A stretch of DNA of 43,623 nt, taken from positions 1 to 43,623 of IMG/VR virus record IMGVR_UViG_3300032212_000034; one strand, 5' to 3'. Positions 26,349 through 36,036 of the stretch are shown here, one piece after another. This DNA comes from a virus (taxonomy: Duplodnaviria; Caudoviricetes). Position 1 is the first letter of the stretch. Each line of letters begins with the position of its first letter. Both the position numbers and the translations under genes were made by a program. Below the pieces are notes generated by a model. That model was not told the origin of the DNA. It worked only from the letters and a program-made list of their open reading frames with translations, and searched no databases.

Positions 26349-26669
26349 ATGTCCCAAAACGACTACGCTGGAAACGATTTCCAAGGAGGATCTGGCGGAG
26401 GATCTGGCGGCGGAGGATTACCAGGTCCGCCTGGAACCGCAATGACCTCGGATCTTTTTACGGCAGTTTTGGGTCAGACTGTGTTCACATTGAGCCAAGA
26501 CTGTCTTGCGCCAGAAACGATTCTCTTGTTTTGGGAGTCGGCAGTTTTTTTCAGGACTGTTCATTTCAATGTCTCGGGAGCCACGAATAAGACTTTAACC
26601 CTGACCGGCTTGGCTCCCGCTATGCTTGCTGGTCAAAAGCTTCTAGCCTATTACCAAAAAGCAACATAG
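26349..26669 (+). CDS. Small structural protein with Gly/Pro linker and beta-sandwich module
   Basis: GGSGGGSGGGGLPGPPG followed by FTA..GQTVFTLS...HFNVSG..LTL...Y. Confidence 0.6.
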   Translation: MSQNDYAGNDFQGGSGGGSGGGGLPGPPGTAMTSDLFTAVLGQTVFTLSQDCLAPETILLFWESAVFFRTVHFNVSGATNKTLTLTGLAPAMLAGQKLLAYYQKAT

Positions 26670-26680
26670 GAGAGTAAAAC

Positions 26681-28420
26681 ATGAGTGCGGCAGGATTATT
26701 CCAACAACAACACCTCAAAGACGGAGCAGTCGGGACGCCAGAATGTATCGCTGGCTTATTGGCGGCCAGCGCTGCCGGTCGCGCCTTAATGGCGTCTGGA
26801 GTCTTTGACCAGGCCACTGTGACCGACAAGTTTGCGGCTGGCTCGATCGCTGTTTCCAAGATCACAGAAACACTTATTCAAGCTGACGGTTCCCAGGCTT
26901 TCACAGCTGACCAAAGCCTGGGCGGCTTCAAGCTCACCAACGTTTCAGCTGGCGTTGCCTCGACCGACGCTGTCAACCTTCAACAGTTGAACGACGCCGT
27001 GCAAGGCCTCGACACGAAAGCCAGCGTTCGCCTTGCTACCCAGGATATCTTCCTCAACATGGGCTTTGTCAGCACGGCGGTTTACAACGACACTGGCGGA
27101 GCTTCTGGCCGAGGTCAGATCACGGGAGTTCGTCTCGCTGGAAACATTACTATCGACGGTGTTCTCGGGGCGAATGACGATCGTATCCTCCTCAAAAACG
27201 AGGGCGACGTCGGCGGCCTTGGAGCTGACGCGAACGGACTCTGGAAGCTTACGCAGGGGCCTGGCGTTTACACTCTCGACCGGACAGAGGATTTCGATTC
27301 TGACGACGAAGTCACTGCAAACGCTTTCGTGTTCGTCGAAGAGGGAACAGCGAACGGCGACAAGGGATTTACCCTCACGAACAATGATCCAATCACGATC
27401 GGCGGCGGCTCGGGAACAGGATTGACCTGGACCGTCTTCACGACTGGCGGAACCCAAGACCTTTCCTCGACTCTTGCTTCTGGTAACACCACTGGCGGAA
27501 CTGACATTTCCCTCAGCTCAGGCGACAAGATCACCTCAGTTCAAGAATTCACTATCTTGCCGACACAGAACCCAGCAACAACAGGGCTCGGTTACGCTTT
27601 GGATATCAAGGCCGGTCAGGGAGGCCCAGGCGTCGGGAACTCCGGAGACGGCGGCGTCGGTGGATCAGCGACTTACTCAGCTGGAAATGGTGGCGACGTT
27701 ACGCTTCCGACAGCTGGTATTGTTTCTTCTGGAGCTGGAGGCGTTGCGACCTTTAAGGGCGGAGACGGTGGACAGAACGGAACCACTCAAGCCGGGGTGA
27801 ACCCAGCTGGAGACGGTGGCGACGCGGTCTTTACTGGCGGCGACGGTGGCGAGGACGCTGGAAACAACACACCTCCAGGAGACGGTGGAAACGGAATCCT
27901 TAAGGGTGGAGACGCTGGTATCTCGCCCTCGAAAGACGGTGACGGTGGAAACGCTGTCATGCGTGGAGGTGCAAAACGCGGAGCTGGCGCAGACGGCGAT
28001 TGTTTGATTGGAGACCAGGACACTGTCGACGTGATCATTGGAAACACGACAGACCTGAACGATATTATCCTGCGATCGCTCACGAAATCTTACACGTTGA
28101 CGGCTGGCGCTGACTTGGCGACCACTGCCCAAACGATCATTGAAGCTATCAACGAGGTCGCCAATAAAGTCGGAACCTTCCGAGACGGCGAGCTGATCAC
28201 TTCAACTCAGGCCATTTCAGGCTCTGATACGATCATGACTCAACAGCTGACCTTCACTCCTGTCGCTGGAACCACACCTCAGCTCTGGCACCAGGGAGCC
28301 CGACTTATCGCTGGCGTTCATTACTCTGTCGCTGGCAAAGTTATCACTTGGCTCGGAACCTCTGGGTTCCCTCTGAACATTGGCGACAATCTTCAGATTG
28401 ATTACCGTTCAAGCGATTGA
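26681..28420 (+). CDS. Glycine-rich fibre/adhesin protein
   Basis: TDAVN..QL, KASVRLAT, DRILLKN..NG.W, FVFVEEG fibre motifs; GxGG repeats; TAQTIIEAINEV trimer motif. Confidence 0.75.
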   Translation: MSAAGLFQQQHLKDGAVGTPECIAGLLAASAAGRALMASGVFDQATVTDKFAAGSIAVSKITETLIQADGSQAFTADQSLGGFKLTNVSAGVASTDAVNLQQLNDAVQGLDTKASVRLATQDIFLNMGFVSTAVYNDTGGASGRGQITGVRLAGNITIDGVLGANDDRILLKNEGDVGGLGADANGLWKLTQGPGVYTLDRTEDFDSDDEVTANAFVFVEEGTANGDKGFTLTNNDPITIGGGSGTGLTWTVFTTGGTQDLSSTLASGNTTGGTDISLSSGDKITSVQEFTILPTQNPATTGLGYALDIKAGQGGPGVGNSGDGGVGGSATYSAGNGGDVTLPTAGIVSSGAGGVATFKGGDGGQNGTTQAGVNPAGDGGDAVFTGGDGGEDAGNNTPPGDGGNGILKGGDAGISPSKDGDGGNAVMRGGAKRGAGADGDCLIGDQDTVDVIIGNTTDLNDIILRSLTKSYTLTAGADLATTAQTIIEAINEVANKVGTFRDGELITSTQAISGSDTIMTQQLTFTPVAGTTPQLWHQGARLIAGVHYSVAGKVITWLGTSGFPLNIGDNLQIDYRSSD

Positions 28421-28433
28421 ACTTGAGCCTTGA

Positions 28434-28473
28434 AAGGCGGCGGCGAGGGAGTTAAGCCGCCGCCTTGTTTTTT
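28434..28473 (+). terminator. Intrinsic terminator
   Basis: AAGGCGGCGGC/GCCGCCGCCTT 11-bp stem followed by GTTTTTT. Confidence 0.8.
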
Positions 28474-28496
28474 CACCAAAGCATTGTGAGGCCCGA

Positions 28497-30422
28497 ATGA
28501 GTGGCGAACCGCTAGAAGTCAGAAGCTTACAACCAAAGAACCAATCTGGCGGAGTGCCAACAGCTGGCCAGGTTCTCGGGATTACACCTGGGGGCCTGGT
28601 CGATTTTATTGATCAATCCTCGGGCGTGTTCTTTCACCCAGATTCTCCAAAGACGTCGAGCTTCACCGCTGCCATAAACGCGGGAGTTTACCGTTTGAAC
28701 ATGGCCTCGGCCGGAGCGGACGTCACTGTGGACCTGCCGGCCAGCCCGAGCAACGGTGACAAGGTCGGCTTTTGGGTGACGACTACAAGCCTCGTAAGGG
28801 CTCTAAAGATCCGGTTCCTTACTGGCTCCATGGTCATTGACGGAACACTTGTGAGCGGCGGCATTGCTTGCAGGGTTTCCGCCTTTCGCGGAGCTTATGT
28901 TTCCCTCGTCTTTGAATCGTCGACTGGCTGGAAATCCGAGGTTTTCACTCTTGGCGACCTGGCTGGCGTCAACGTGACCTCGGCGGGAACAATCACTCTC
29001 GTGCCAGGTCAACGTTACAGAGTCAACACAACCGCGACGGTGACTTTTAACCTTCACAGCGAAGCGGCGAATTCAGTGTTTCGCAAGAGCTACTTGACTT
29101 CTATCTTGAAGCAGGGGCCTCTTGGCCAGGTCATTATCAACGGCTCGCTTTCAATGGTTTGGTCTCCTGACCCAGTCAATTCAAGCCGTCTCTGGGATTA
29201 CCAGGAGAACGACGCCCTCTTTATTCGCATTGTTGCGGGGTTCTTTGTTATCACCGAACAACGGGCTCCAAAGCCACGAGCGGCTCTTGTTCACGTCCCT
29301 GGATCTGATTACGATCCAAGAATCCAACCCTTTTCGAGACCCGTCCAGGATTTCCTTTTCAGTGATCAGAAGATAACTGGATTCCTTGACACCAACCCGC
29401 TCGCACAGCCTCAAAACATGCGGTTTTCGAGGAACGGCGGCCTGTTGGTTTTGTGTCATTCCACTGCGCCACGCGTCGAGCTTTACCAGGTTCGAGGAAA
29501 GACCTTCGAGAAGATAACGCCAGCCATGCCCGCGACCGCTGCAACGTTCGTCAACGACGTGGACATTTCACCGCTCAACGACTTCCTCGCCTATGCTCCC
29601 GCGAACGACGAACCTCAATACCTCGCGTTCGACCAACACGAAGCGGTTGGAGCCTGGACAAACTTTCCAGGGGCGACCTTTGGGCAGTGGAAATCCTGCC
29701 GCTTTTCCCCTAACGGTCAGTTCTTTGCGGCGGCAGCTCCTGGGACAGTTCACGTTTGGCGTCGAGATAAAACCTCAATCTGGGTTTCAATCGGAACAGT
29801 GGCGATCGGCGGAGCTGACAATACGGAAATGGATTGGAGCCCTGACTCTCGTTTCGTTGCAGTGTCAATCACTGGGACCACTCCGAAAGTCAGAGTTATT
29901 CGAGTCAATAAAACAACGGTAGCTGACGCGACAAGCGAGACTGGAACGCCCGTAATAGCTGCTATGGAAGGGATACGCTTTCACCCCTCTGGACGATACG
30001 TGATCTTAACTGGCGGCAGCGCTGGCGTGTTTGTTGGCAAGTTCAATCGAGACACGGGAGCTATTGATTTCACTGGTATGCCCTCGGGGTCGACTATGTC
30101 AACGCTCAGGGGCGGCGACCTTCACCCAAACGGGAGGCAGGTCGGCATTGTTGGAACGGCTTCACCGTTTGCTCAAATGGTCCGCTTCATTCCTGAAGAC
30201 GAGGAAATGAAAGACTTAATCGACGGCTTTCCCTGGAACGGATTGTCGCTTTCAGCGAACGGTGATTCTGGCTCGGAGTGCTGCCGCTTTCACCCCTCTG
30301 GACGGTTGTTTTTGGCAGCCCGCGACGCCTCCCCTTTCTTGCAATGCTGGGAGAGCTTGGACAACGTCTCGCAAGACAATGCAACGGCGGCGGCAGTGGC
30401 TCCGCCAGCTTACAACGATTGA
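28497..30422 (+). CDS. Fibre-attached beta-propeller (WD40-like) protein, probable receptor-binding protein
   Basis: Seven blade motifs: FSRNG, ISPLN, FSPNG, WSPDS, FHPSG, LHPNG, FHPSG; N-terminal VTVDLPASPSNGD fibre repeat. Confidence 0.75.
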   Translation: MSGEPLEVRSLQPKNQSGGVPTAGQVLGITPGGLVDFIDQSSGVFFHPDSPKTSSFTAAINAGVYRLNMASAGADVTVDLPASPSNGDKVGFWVTTTSLVRALKIRFLTGSMVIDGTLVSGGIACRVSAFRGAYVSLVFESSTGWKSEVFTLGDLAGVNVTSAGTITLVPGQRYRVNTTATVTFNLHSEAANSVFRKSYLTSILKQGPLGQVIINGSLSMVWSPDPVNSSRLWDYQENDALFIRIVAGFFVITEQRAPKPRAALVHVPGSDYDPRIQPFSRPVQDFLFSDQKITGFLDTNPLAQPQNMRFSRNGGLLVLCHSTAPRVELYQVRGKTFEKITPAMPATAATFVNDVDISPLNDFLAYAPANDEPQYLAFDQHEAVGAWTNFPGATFGQWKSCRFSPNGQFFAAAAPGTVHVWRRDKTSIWVSIGTVAIGGADNTEMDWSPDSRFVAVSITGTTPKVRVIRVNKTTVADATSETGTPVIAAMEGIRFHPSGRYVILTGGSAGVFVGKFNRDTGAIDFTGMPSGSTMSTLRGGDLHPNGRQVGIVGTASPFAQMVRFIPEDEEMKDLIDGFPWNGLSLSANGDSGSECCRFHPSGRLFLAARDASPFLQCWESLDNVSQDNATAAAVAPPAYND

Positions 30423-30429
30423 GATTTCA

Positions 30430-30735
30430 ATGACTGAATACGATTACAAGAAGGCGGCGAGGGAAGCTTGCGCCCAGGTCGCTTTTGAACACTATCCATA
30501 CCTCGGCTGGGACGATCTTATGTTCAACAACCTGGCCGACCTGGTCTGGGCAAAAGAAGAGGTCGGTCGCGATATCCCAGAACTGGAAAAGTTCCAGGAG
30601 GTCGTTGGTGATTCCTGCCTTTGGAAGTGGCATACCGAAATTCAGGAACAACCTGCTATAGTTTTCTTCCAAACTAATTGCAGGCTCGGACACTTCCCAA
30701 CAATGCTTTTTGAGCAATCACTATTTGCGTCTTAA
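30430..30735 (+). CDS. Hypothetical protein
   Basis: ATG at 30430 just after the propeller gene stop. Confidence 0.5.
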   Translation: MTEYDYKKAAREACAQVAFEHYPYLGWDDLMFNNLADLVWAKEEVGRDIPELEKFQEVVGDSCLWKWHTEIQEQPAIVFFQTNCRLGHFPTMLFEQSLFAS

Positions 30736-30794
30736 AGCGGTCGACTTAGAGCTGTTCTGAGTTATGCTGGGTGAGTCCAATCACTGGAGGATTC

Positions 30795-32348
30795 ATGGGA
30801 CCAGCAACGATCCAAGCACTGAAGAAATCGTGCAATAAAGCCGCTTTTGATTACAAGACCGCTCTCAGAAAAGTAGAGGCAACGCTCCAAGAGAGAGGGT
30901 TCACGAATTACCTCGTGGACCCTTTGCGGCAGTTCTCAGGCTTGCCTTTCGACGCCTTCGCCTCGGGTGATTTCTCTGTCCAGGGCGGAAACCAGATACA
31001 GAGGTTTTCGACCAAGGCAGCAAGGGCGAACGCTCGCCGCTTGAGAGCTTCTGGAAATCCTTACGTCGCGTCAATCCTCAAGAACTCTGTCGCTTACACC
31101 GTAGGGCAGCGAGGAATGACCTGGGACGTTATCGCTCGCGAGGATATGAAGGCGGACAAGGAAAGCGAACCGAAAGCCTTTGAGGAGCAAGAGAAGCGGC
31201 GCAAGCAACTGAAGAGAGTGATCCGCCGCCTTCGCAAAAAGAACAAGTTCAAGAAGAAAGAACGAGCCCTCGTCACTGAACCGATCATTGACGGCGAAGT
31301 CTTTCTGCGCCTGACTCCAGCGACGAGCAGCGACGGCTATTTCAAGATCAGATTTCTTGATCCTTCAATGGTTCAAACGCCAGCGTCAAGGGTCAGCATG
31401 GCGGACACTGACCAGGGCGTGAGGTTTCGCGGAGGTGACGTCGAGGACGTCATTGGATATTACTACCGAGGAGAGTTTGTCGACGGTCAAAGCGTGATTC
31501 ATGAGAAATGGAACGTGACGCCAAACACTCTCCGAGGCGTCTCCGAGCTTCACTGGGTTTCTGAGGCATTAGAGGACGCTTGCGCTTTGCGCCAAGCAAT
31601 GACGACGATCCAGAGGCTCCAGGCCTCAATTGCAATGATCCGCGAACACGACAACGGAACTCTCATGTCGAAGATCACCGAGCTGGCCGACCGCGACGCT
31701 GACGTCGTTGAAACCTCGGACGGTTTTCATGACGTCGATTTCGCTAGTATTTCTGTCGACTTCGATAAGCGGCGGCAGAAGTTTGTCGACGAGGGCTCAA
31801 TGCTCGACGTTCCCCCAGGCATGAAGCTTTCTTCTGCGCCTTTCGCGAACCTGGACATTTCCAAGGGCGTCGCGGTTCACAAAATGGTGATTCGAGAAAT
31901 TGGAGCTGGTATCGTTATGGCTCCATTCATGATCGGAGCTGACCAAGACTCCAAGGGCTTTGGAAGCTCGGGAGTGGTCGTTGCTCAGGGTCCGGTTCAC
32001 ATGAGGTTGCTCATGCGCCAGGCCGATACAGCAGACCTCGAAATAGAGCTCTACGAAAAGACTCTGGATCGAGCTGCCGACCTGGGTGAAGTTCCAGAGG
32101 ATTGGGAGGAAGAGTTTGAGGTGACTGTGATCGGTCCAGAAATAATCACCGAGGACGGCCTCAAGGAAGCTCAAAAACACCAAGTTCTTGTGCAGAACAA
32201 GATCGAAAGCAAGAAGACAGCTCGGGCCTCTCTCGGCCTGGACGACGAACAAGAAACAATGGCGATCCAGGAGGAGGCGGCGAGTGCTTTGGGCGCTTTT
32301 GCTGACCCTTTCCCGCCTCTACCAATGCCGACCACAGAGGACGAGTAA
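30795..32348 (+). CDS. Portal protein
   Basis: GGAGG SD; IIDGEVFLR, VIHEK.N....LRGVSEL, SKKTARASLGLD.EQE; position upstream of head genes. Confidence 0.88.
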   Translation: MGPATIQALKKSCNKAAFDYKTALRKVEATLQERGFTNYLVDPLRQFSGLPFDAFASGDFSVQGGNQIQRFSTKAARANARRLRASGNPYVASILKNSVAYTVGQRGMTWDVIAREDMKADKESEPKAFEEQEKRRKQLKRVIRRLRKKNKFKKKERALVTEPIIDGEVFLRLTPATSSDGYFKIRFLDPSMVQTPASRVSMADTDQGVRFRGGDVEDVIGYYYRGEFVDGQSVIHEKWNVTPNTLRGVSELHWVSEALEDACALRQAMTTIQRLQASIAMIREHDNGTLMSKITELADRDADVVETSDGFHDVDFASISVDFDKRRQKFVDEGSMLDVPPGMKLSSAPFANLDISKGVAVHKMVIREIGAGIVMAPFMIGADQDSKGFGSSGVVVAQGPVHMRLLMRQADTADLEIELYEKTLDRAADLGEVPEDWEEEFEVTVIGPEIITEDGLKEAQKHQVLVQNKIESKKTARASLGLDDEQETMAIQEEAASALGAFADPFPPLPMPTTEDE

Positions 32349-32350
32349 GA

Positions 32351-32590
32351 ATGAACGACGAAACAAAACCGTTTTTTTTGGCAGAGAATGACGATCTGCC
32401 GCCGAAACAGATCGTGATAAGCTTGGGAGATCCAAGGGCAAGAGGAGCTTTGAATCTCCTGGCCTTTTCTTATCGCGACGAAAACCCAAAGCTGAGTCAA
32501 GAGATTTATGACCGGCTTGAATCCAAAGAGGAGCTGAATCATGCCAGCGATACCAGCGACGAAGGAACAATTCAAGGAGAGCTGCCTTGA
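32351..32590 (+). CDS. Hypothetical protein
   Basis: Coupled ORF after the portal. Confidence 0.5.
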   Translation: MNDETKPFFLAENDDLPPKQIVISLGDPRARGALNLLAFSYRDENPKLSQEIYDRLESKEELNHASDTSDEGTIQGELP

Positions 32591-32774
32591 GATCATGCGA
32601 AGCGTTGCCCAGGACAAAGCGCAGAATGGGCAATTCTTCAAGATCAACACGACTGAAGACGCTTCGGAGTTTGACGATCACCCGCTCTCTCGTCTTGAGC
32701 AATACCAGCAGGACATGATCGAGGATCTTGCTGTTCAGCTCGCCGCCGCGAACGGCTTCACTTTCACGCCTTGA
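32541..32774 (+). CDS. Hypothetical protein
   Basis: GAGGAG SD before ATG 32541. Confidence 0.55.
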   Translation: MPAIPATKEQFKESCLEIMRSVAQDKAQNGQFFKINTTEDASEFDDHPLSRLEQYQQDMIEDLAVQLAAANGFTFTP

Positions 32775-32783
32775 TCTGATTTC

Positions 32784-33884
32784 ATGGTCAAGACTCTAAA
32801 CGAAAAAGTCCGCGATATCTTTTTTACCTTGCAGGGCAAGCGATTGAGGCATTCTCTTTGGCTTGCTGGCAAGGTCGATCGTATTTACAGAGAGCAGTTG
32901 CGGGCGTTCGCCAGGGGCGGTCAATCGGCGGCTCTCGGCTTTGCTCCGCAAATGGCCATGGCTTTAATTCAGAGATCGCTCAGGGAAGCGGCGGCTCGTT
33001 CTTGGTGGGAAGGCTTTGAGAGGACCGTCAAGGCGATTCCCTCACCTATTGGCGTCAAGGTTATTGTCCCTCCCCAGCTCCGTCTTGAGGAGGATCGCTC
33101 GGCCCCTCAGGACGACTTAAGATCAAGTGCCATGGAGGGCTTGCCAGTCCCGACAAGATCCTCGACCGCTTGGGCAAATGCGATTTACAATCCTCCGACC
33201 CTGGCAGAGATTGACGAAGTCATTTCGGCTTCGCGCTGGGCCGAGCTTTTATCAGGCTTGCAGGAACCCGAGCAAATCGTTTCAATAATTCGAGACGGGG
33301 CGGCGGCAGGTCAATCGAACGCCCAGATAGCTCGCGCCTTGACTCCCCTTTTCAACGGCGACAGAAACCGGGCAGTCAGGATCGCCAGGACGGAAACTCA
33401 CCGAGTGGCTCAGAGGTTCTTGGAGCGGTCAATCGACGAATCGACAGGACCACTGCTCGACGGTTATCGCTACGTTGCCACGCTCGACTCACGAACCAGG
33501 GCACACCACGCAGCTCGGGACGGCGAGGTCTACCCAACAGGCAGCCGCCGCCCAGTTTTGCCAGACGGTTTTAACTGCCGCTGCACTTACGTTCCAGTCA
33601 CCAAAAGTTACTCTGATCTTGGAGTTCCTGAGCTTGAAGGATTGCTATCGGATTCGGAGAGAGCAAGCGTCAATGGAGCCTTGCCAGCTCATACCACCTA
33701 CGAGGATTGGTTCAACGGTCAAAGCAACTCGGTCAAAAGAGATATCGTCGGGGCGGGTCGCTTTGATATCCTATCGAGCGGCGGCGGCCAGGTCAGTTGG
33801 AACGCGTTCATTCAAATGCCAGCTTCTCCGGCCTCTACGCCAGCAGTAAGAACCCAAACAGGCCGACTCCCTCTGAGGTTATAA
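32784..33884 (+). CDS. Minor head / head morphogenesis protein (Mu gpF / SPP1 gp7 family)
   Basis: RAVRIARTE, YVATLDSRTR..H...DG, FNCRC, YEDWF. Confidence 0.9.
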   Translation: MVKTLNEKVRDIFFTLQGKRLRHSLWLAGKVDRIYREQLRAFARGGQSAALGFAPQMAMALIQRSLREAAARSWWEGFERTVKAIPSPIGVKVIVPPQLRLEEDRSAPQDDLRSSAMEGLPVPTRSSTAWANAIYNPPTLAEIDEVISASRWAELLSGLQEPEQIVSIIRDGAAAGQSNAQIARALTPLFNGDRNRAVRIARTETHRVAQRFLERSIDESTGPLLDGYRYVATLDSRTRAHHAARDGEVYPTGSRRPVLPDGFNCRCTYVPVTKSYSDLGVPELEGLLSDSERASVNGALPAHTTYEDWFNGQSNSVKRDIVGAGRFDILSSGGGQVSWNAFIQMPASPASTPAVRTQTGRLPLRL

Positions 33885-33886
33885 CT

Positions 33887-34297
33887 ATGGAAATCACAAA
33901 ACCAAAACTGAAACAAACCGAAGAGCTTTTTGCATACTTCATGCAGGAGCTAAAAAAGATCCTCCCAATGCTCGCAGAAGATAGCGTTTGGACCGTCAAG
34001 CTGCTTAAGTTTGACGGTGTCGACGGAGAAACTGGAGAGGATTTGATTGGAATCCCGCCTCGCCTTATTGTCCGACTTATTCACTTCTCGACCCAGGTCG
34101 AGTCTCAGGTCATGATCTTTCCTCAAATGTTCGAGGGCAGGTCAATGAAATTCAAGCGAGACAACGTCTTGGAGGTCGGACGATTGCTGACTCGTCTCAG
34201 GGGCGGCATGAAGAAACTGATCAACCCTGAAACAGCGGCGACAATTCACGAACAAGCTCAAGGTATCTTTCGCAAAATCGTTTTCTCTCCGAGGTGA
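33887..34297 (+). CDS. Hypothetical protein
   Basis: GAGGT SD before ATG 33887. Confidence 0.55.
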   Translation: MEITKPKLKQTEELFAYFMQELKKILPMLAEDSVWTVKLLKFDGVDGETGEDLIGIPPRLIVRLIHFSTQVESQVMIFPQMFEGRSMKFKRDNVLEVGRLLTRLRGGMKKLINPETAATIHEQAQGIFRKIVFSPR

Positions 34298-34300
34298 AGC

Positions 34301-35365
34301 ATGAAACTAGTTCCAGTCTTTGACTACAAACACACCCAGGCTCAGGCCCCGGTCGTTGACGCCGAAAAAGGCTTGATCACTGGCGTTCACTTTTGCGGGA
34401 TCAAGTCACTCAACGGCTATGGATACCTGCCGAAAGCCTTGCAAGAAGCCGTCAACCGAAACCTCTACAACGACATTCCAATCTGGGATCTCCACCCCTC
34501 CGAGGAGGAAATGAAAACTGGCGACGTCAGACGAGGTCTGTTGACCAAGGCTGGCGTAACTTGCAACGCTCAATTTCGAGAGGGTTCTGGCGTTTGGGGT
34601 GACGTCAAGGTAAATATGGGTGCTGGAGACCTTGCGAAAAGTTTCCTTTGGAACGCTGCGAACGACCCAAAGAATTTCGGAATGAGCCACGAAGCACTCG
34701 TAAATGAACCCGTGGAGCAAAAAGGATTCGAGGGGCACTGGACTGATCACGTTGAGCAAGTTCTCGCCCTGGCGGTTGTTCCTGACCCAGCGACCACAAA
34801 GGGCTTTTTCGAGTCACAGAAAACCAGAAGAAACTGGTTCGTGGTAGATTCTCAGAAGAAAAAAGAAACCTCGGAGGACGAAATGAAGCCGATCACACTC
34901 GAAGACGTAAAAAAAGCTGGCCTCTACGACAAGATCGTTGAGAGTGTCACAAAAGACATGCAAGCCACTGAAGCCCAGAAAGCTGAAGCCGCTCGGATCA
35001 AAGACCTCGAGACCCGATTGAAAGCAGCTGAAAGCCAGAACCTGCAAGCCGCCTTTGACAAAGACATGGCGCAGCTGATCATTGATTTCAAGCTTGAAAA
35101 GGCTGAGGTCGAGTTCTTGTCTGATTCGTTGAAAGCCCTTGACAGCTTTGAAAAGCGCAAGGCGAAAGTGGAATCATTCCGCAAGCTGAACGCCGCGAGA
35201 ACCACAAGCCAAAACGCTGACACTCCTCCCCGCGATTTCTTCGGAGAGTCCAAGAAAGCCGAGGGCGGCAGCGAGCTTCATTCATTCGCCAAGAAGGAAA
35301 TGACCGTCGAGAACCGCAAGGCTTTCGCTGCTTGCCTTCGAGGTGGCACTGACTTGCCTCAATAA
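34301..35365 (+). CDS. Prohead protease-scaffold fusion
   Basis: SLNGYGY, DLHP, FGMSH, AVVPDPATTKGFFES protease region; coiled-coil C-terminal half with internal GGAGG-ATG at 34883. Confidence 0.8.
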   Translation: MKLVPVFDYKHTQAQAPVVDAEKGLITGVHFCGIKSLNGYGYLPKALQEAVNRNLYNDIPIWDLHPSEEEMKTGDVRRGLLTKAGVTCNAQFREGSGVWGDVKVNMGAGDLAKSFLWNAANDPKNFGMSHEALVNEPVEQKGFEGHWTDHVEQVLALAVVPDPATTKGFFESQKTRRNWFVVDSQKKKETSEDEMKPITLEDVKKAGLYDKIVESVTKDMQATEAQKAEAARIKDLETRLKAAESQNLQAAFDKDMAQLIIDFKLEKAEVEFLSDSLKALDSFEKRKAKVESFRKLNAARTTSQNADTPPRDFFGESKKAEGGSELHSFAKKEMTVENRKAFAACLRGGTDLPQ

Positions 35366-35425
35366 AGGCAATTGTCAGATTGTAAATTCACGCTAGGATA
35401 GAGGAAATTCACAGGAGAGTCCGCT

Positions 35426-35965
35426 ATGGCAACGCCTTACAAAATTTCAAACAACAATGATCGTTATGTGAACGGCGATACAAAAGGCCATAGGGCACCC
35501 CAGCCGCCGCCTGTTGATATCGCTTTACACCGTGGGGATATCACTGCTCGCCGTGATTCCGACAAGCGACCTATTCCCGTTTCCGAGCTTGGAGCTGCCT
35601 TTGCGAGTGCTTTGCTGGCTCGTCAAGCTGCCCATGATTTCTTTTGGGGTATCAACCAGGTCGCTCTTCCAGACGAAGATCTCGGCCAGCGTCCGACCTT
35701 GTCGCGAGCTGGCGTTTACAAGTATCCCTTGGAAGCTCCCGCAAACAACATTGAGGACGGCGATTTCATTGGCGTCAGCGCTGTTGATATCGGCGGCGGC
35801 AATTTCCAATGTCAGAATCAGGCAGTGATCAAGGTCGCCACTTTGGAGGAATCCATTGGACGGGCTCGAACACTCGTTGGAGCTGGCGGCGACAATATCA
35901 CCGAGGTCGAAGTTGAGATCGTTTCTTCAATTTCTGACGGCGGAGTTCAAGCTCTCGTAACCTAA
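35426..35965 (+). CDS. Head decoration / capsid cement protein
   Basis: Located between scaffold and capsid genes; AGVYKY, GDFIG, IGRA pattern. Confidence 0.7.
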   Translation: MATPYKISNNNDRYVNGDTKGHRAPQPPPVDIALHRGDITARRDSDKRPIPVSELGAAFASALLARQAAHDFFWGINQVALPDEDLGQRPTLSRAGVYKYPLEAPANNIEDGDFIGVSAVDIGGGNFQCQNQAVIKVATLEESIGRARTLVGAGGDNITEVEVEIVSSISDGGVQALVT

Positions 35966-36036
35966 GCCCTCCCTTTCTGGGCGTTGTCCTCTTTGGGACG
36001 CAGTTGTTTTCATTTCCTTAAATCGGAGGGATTAAA

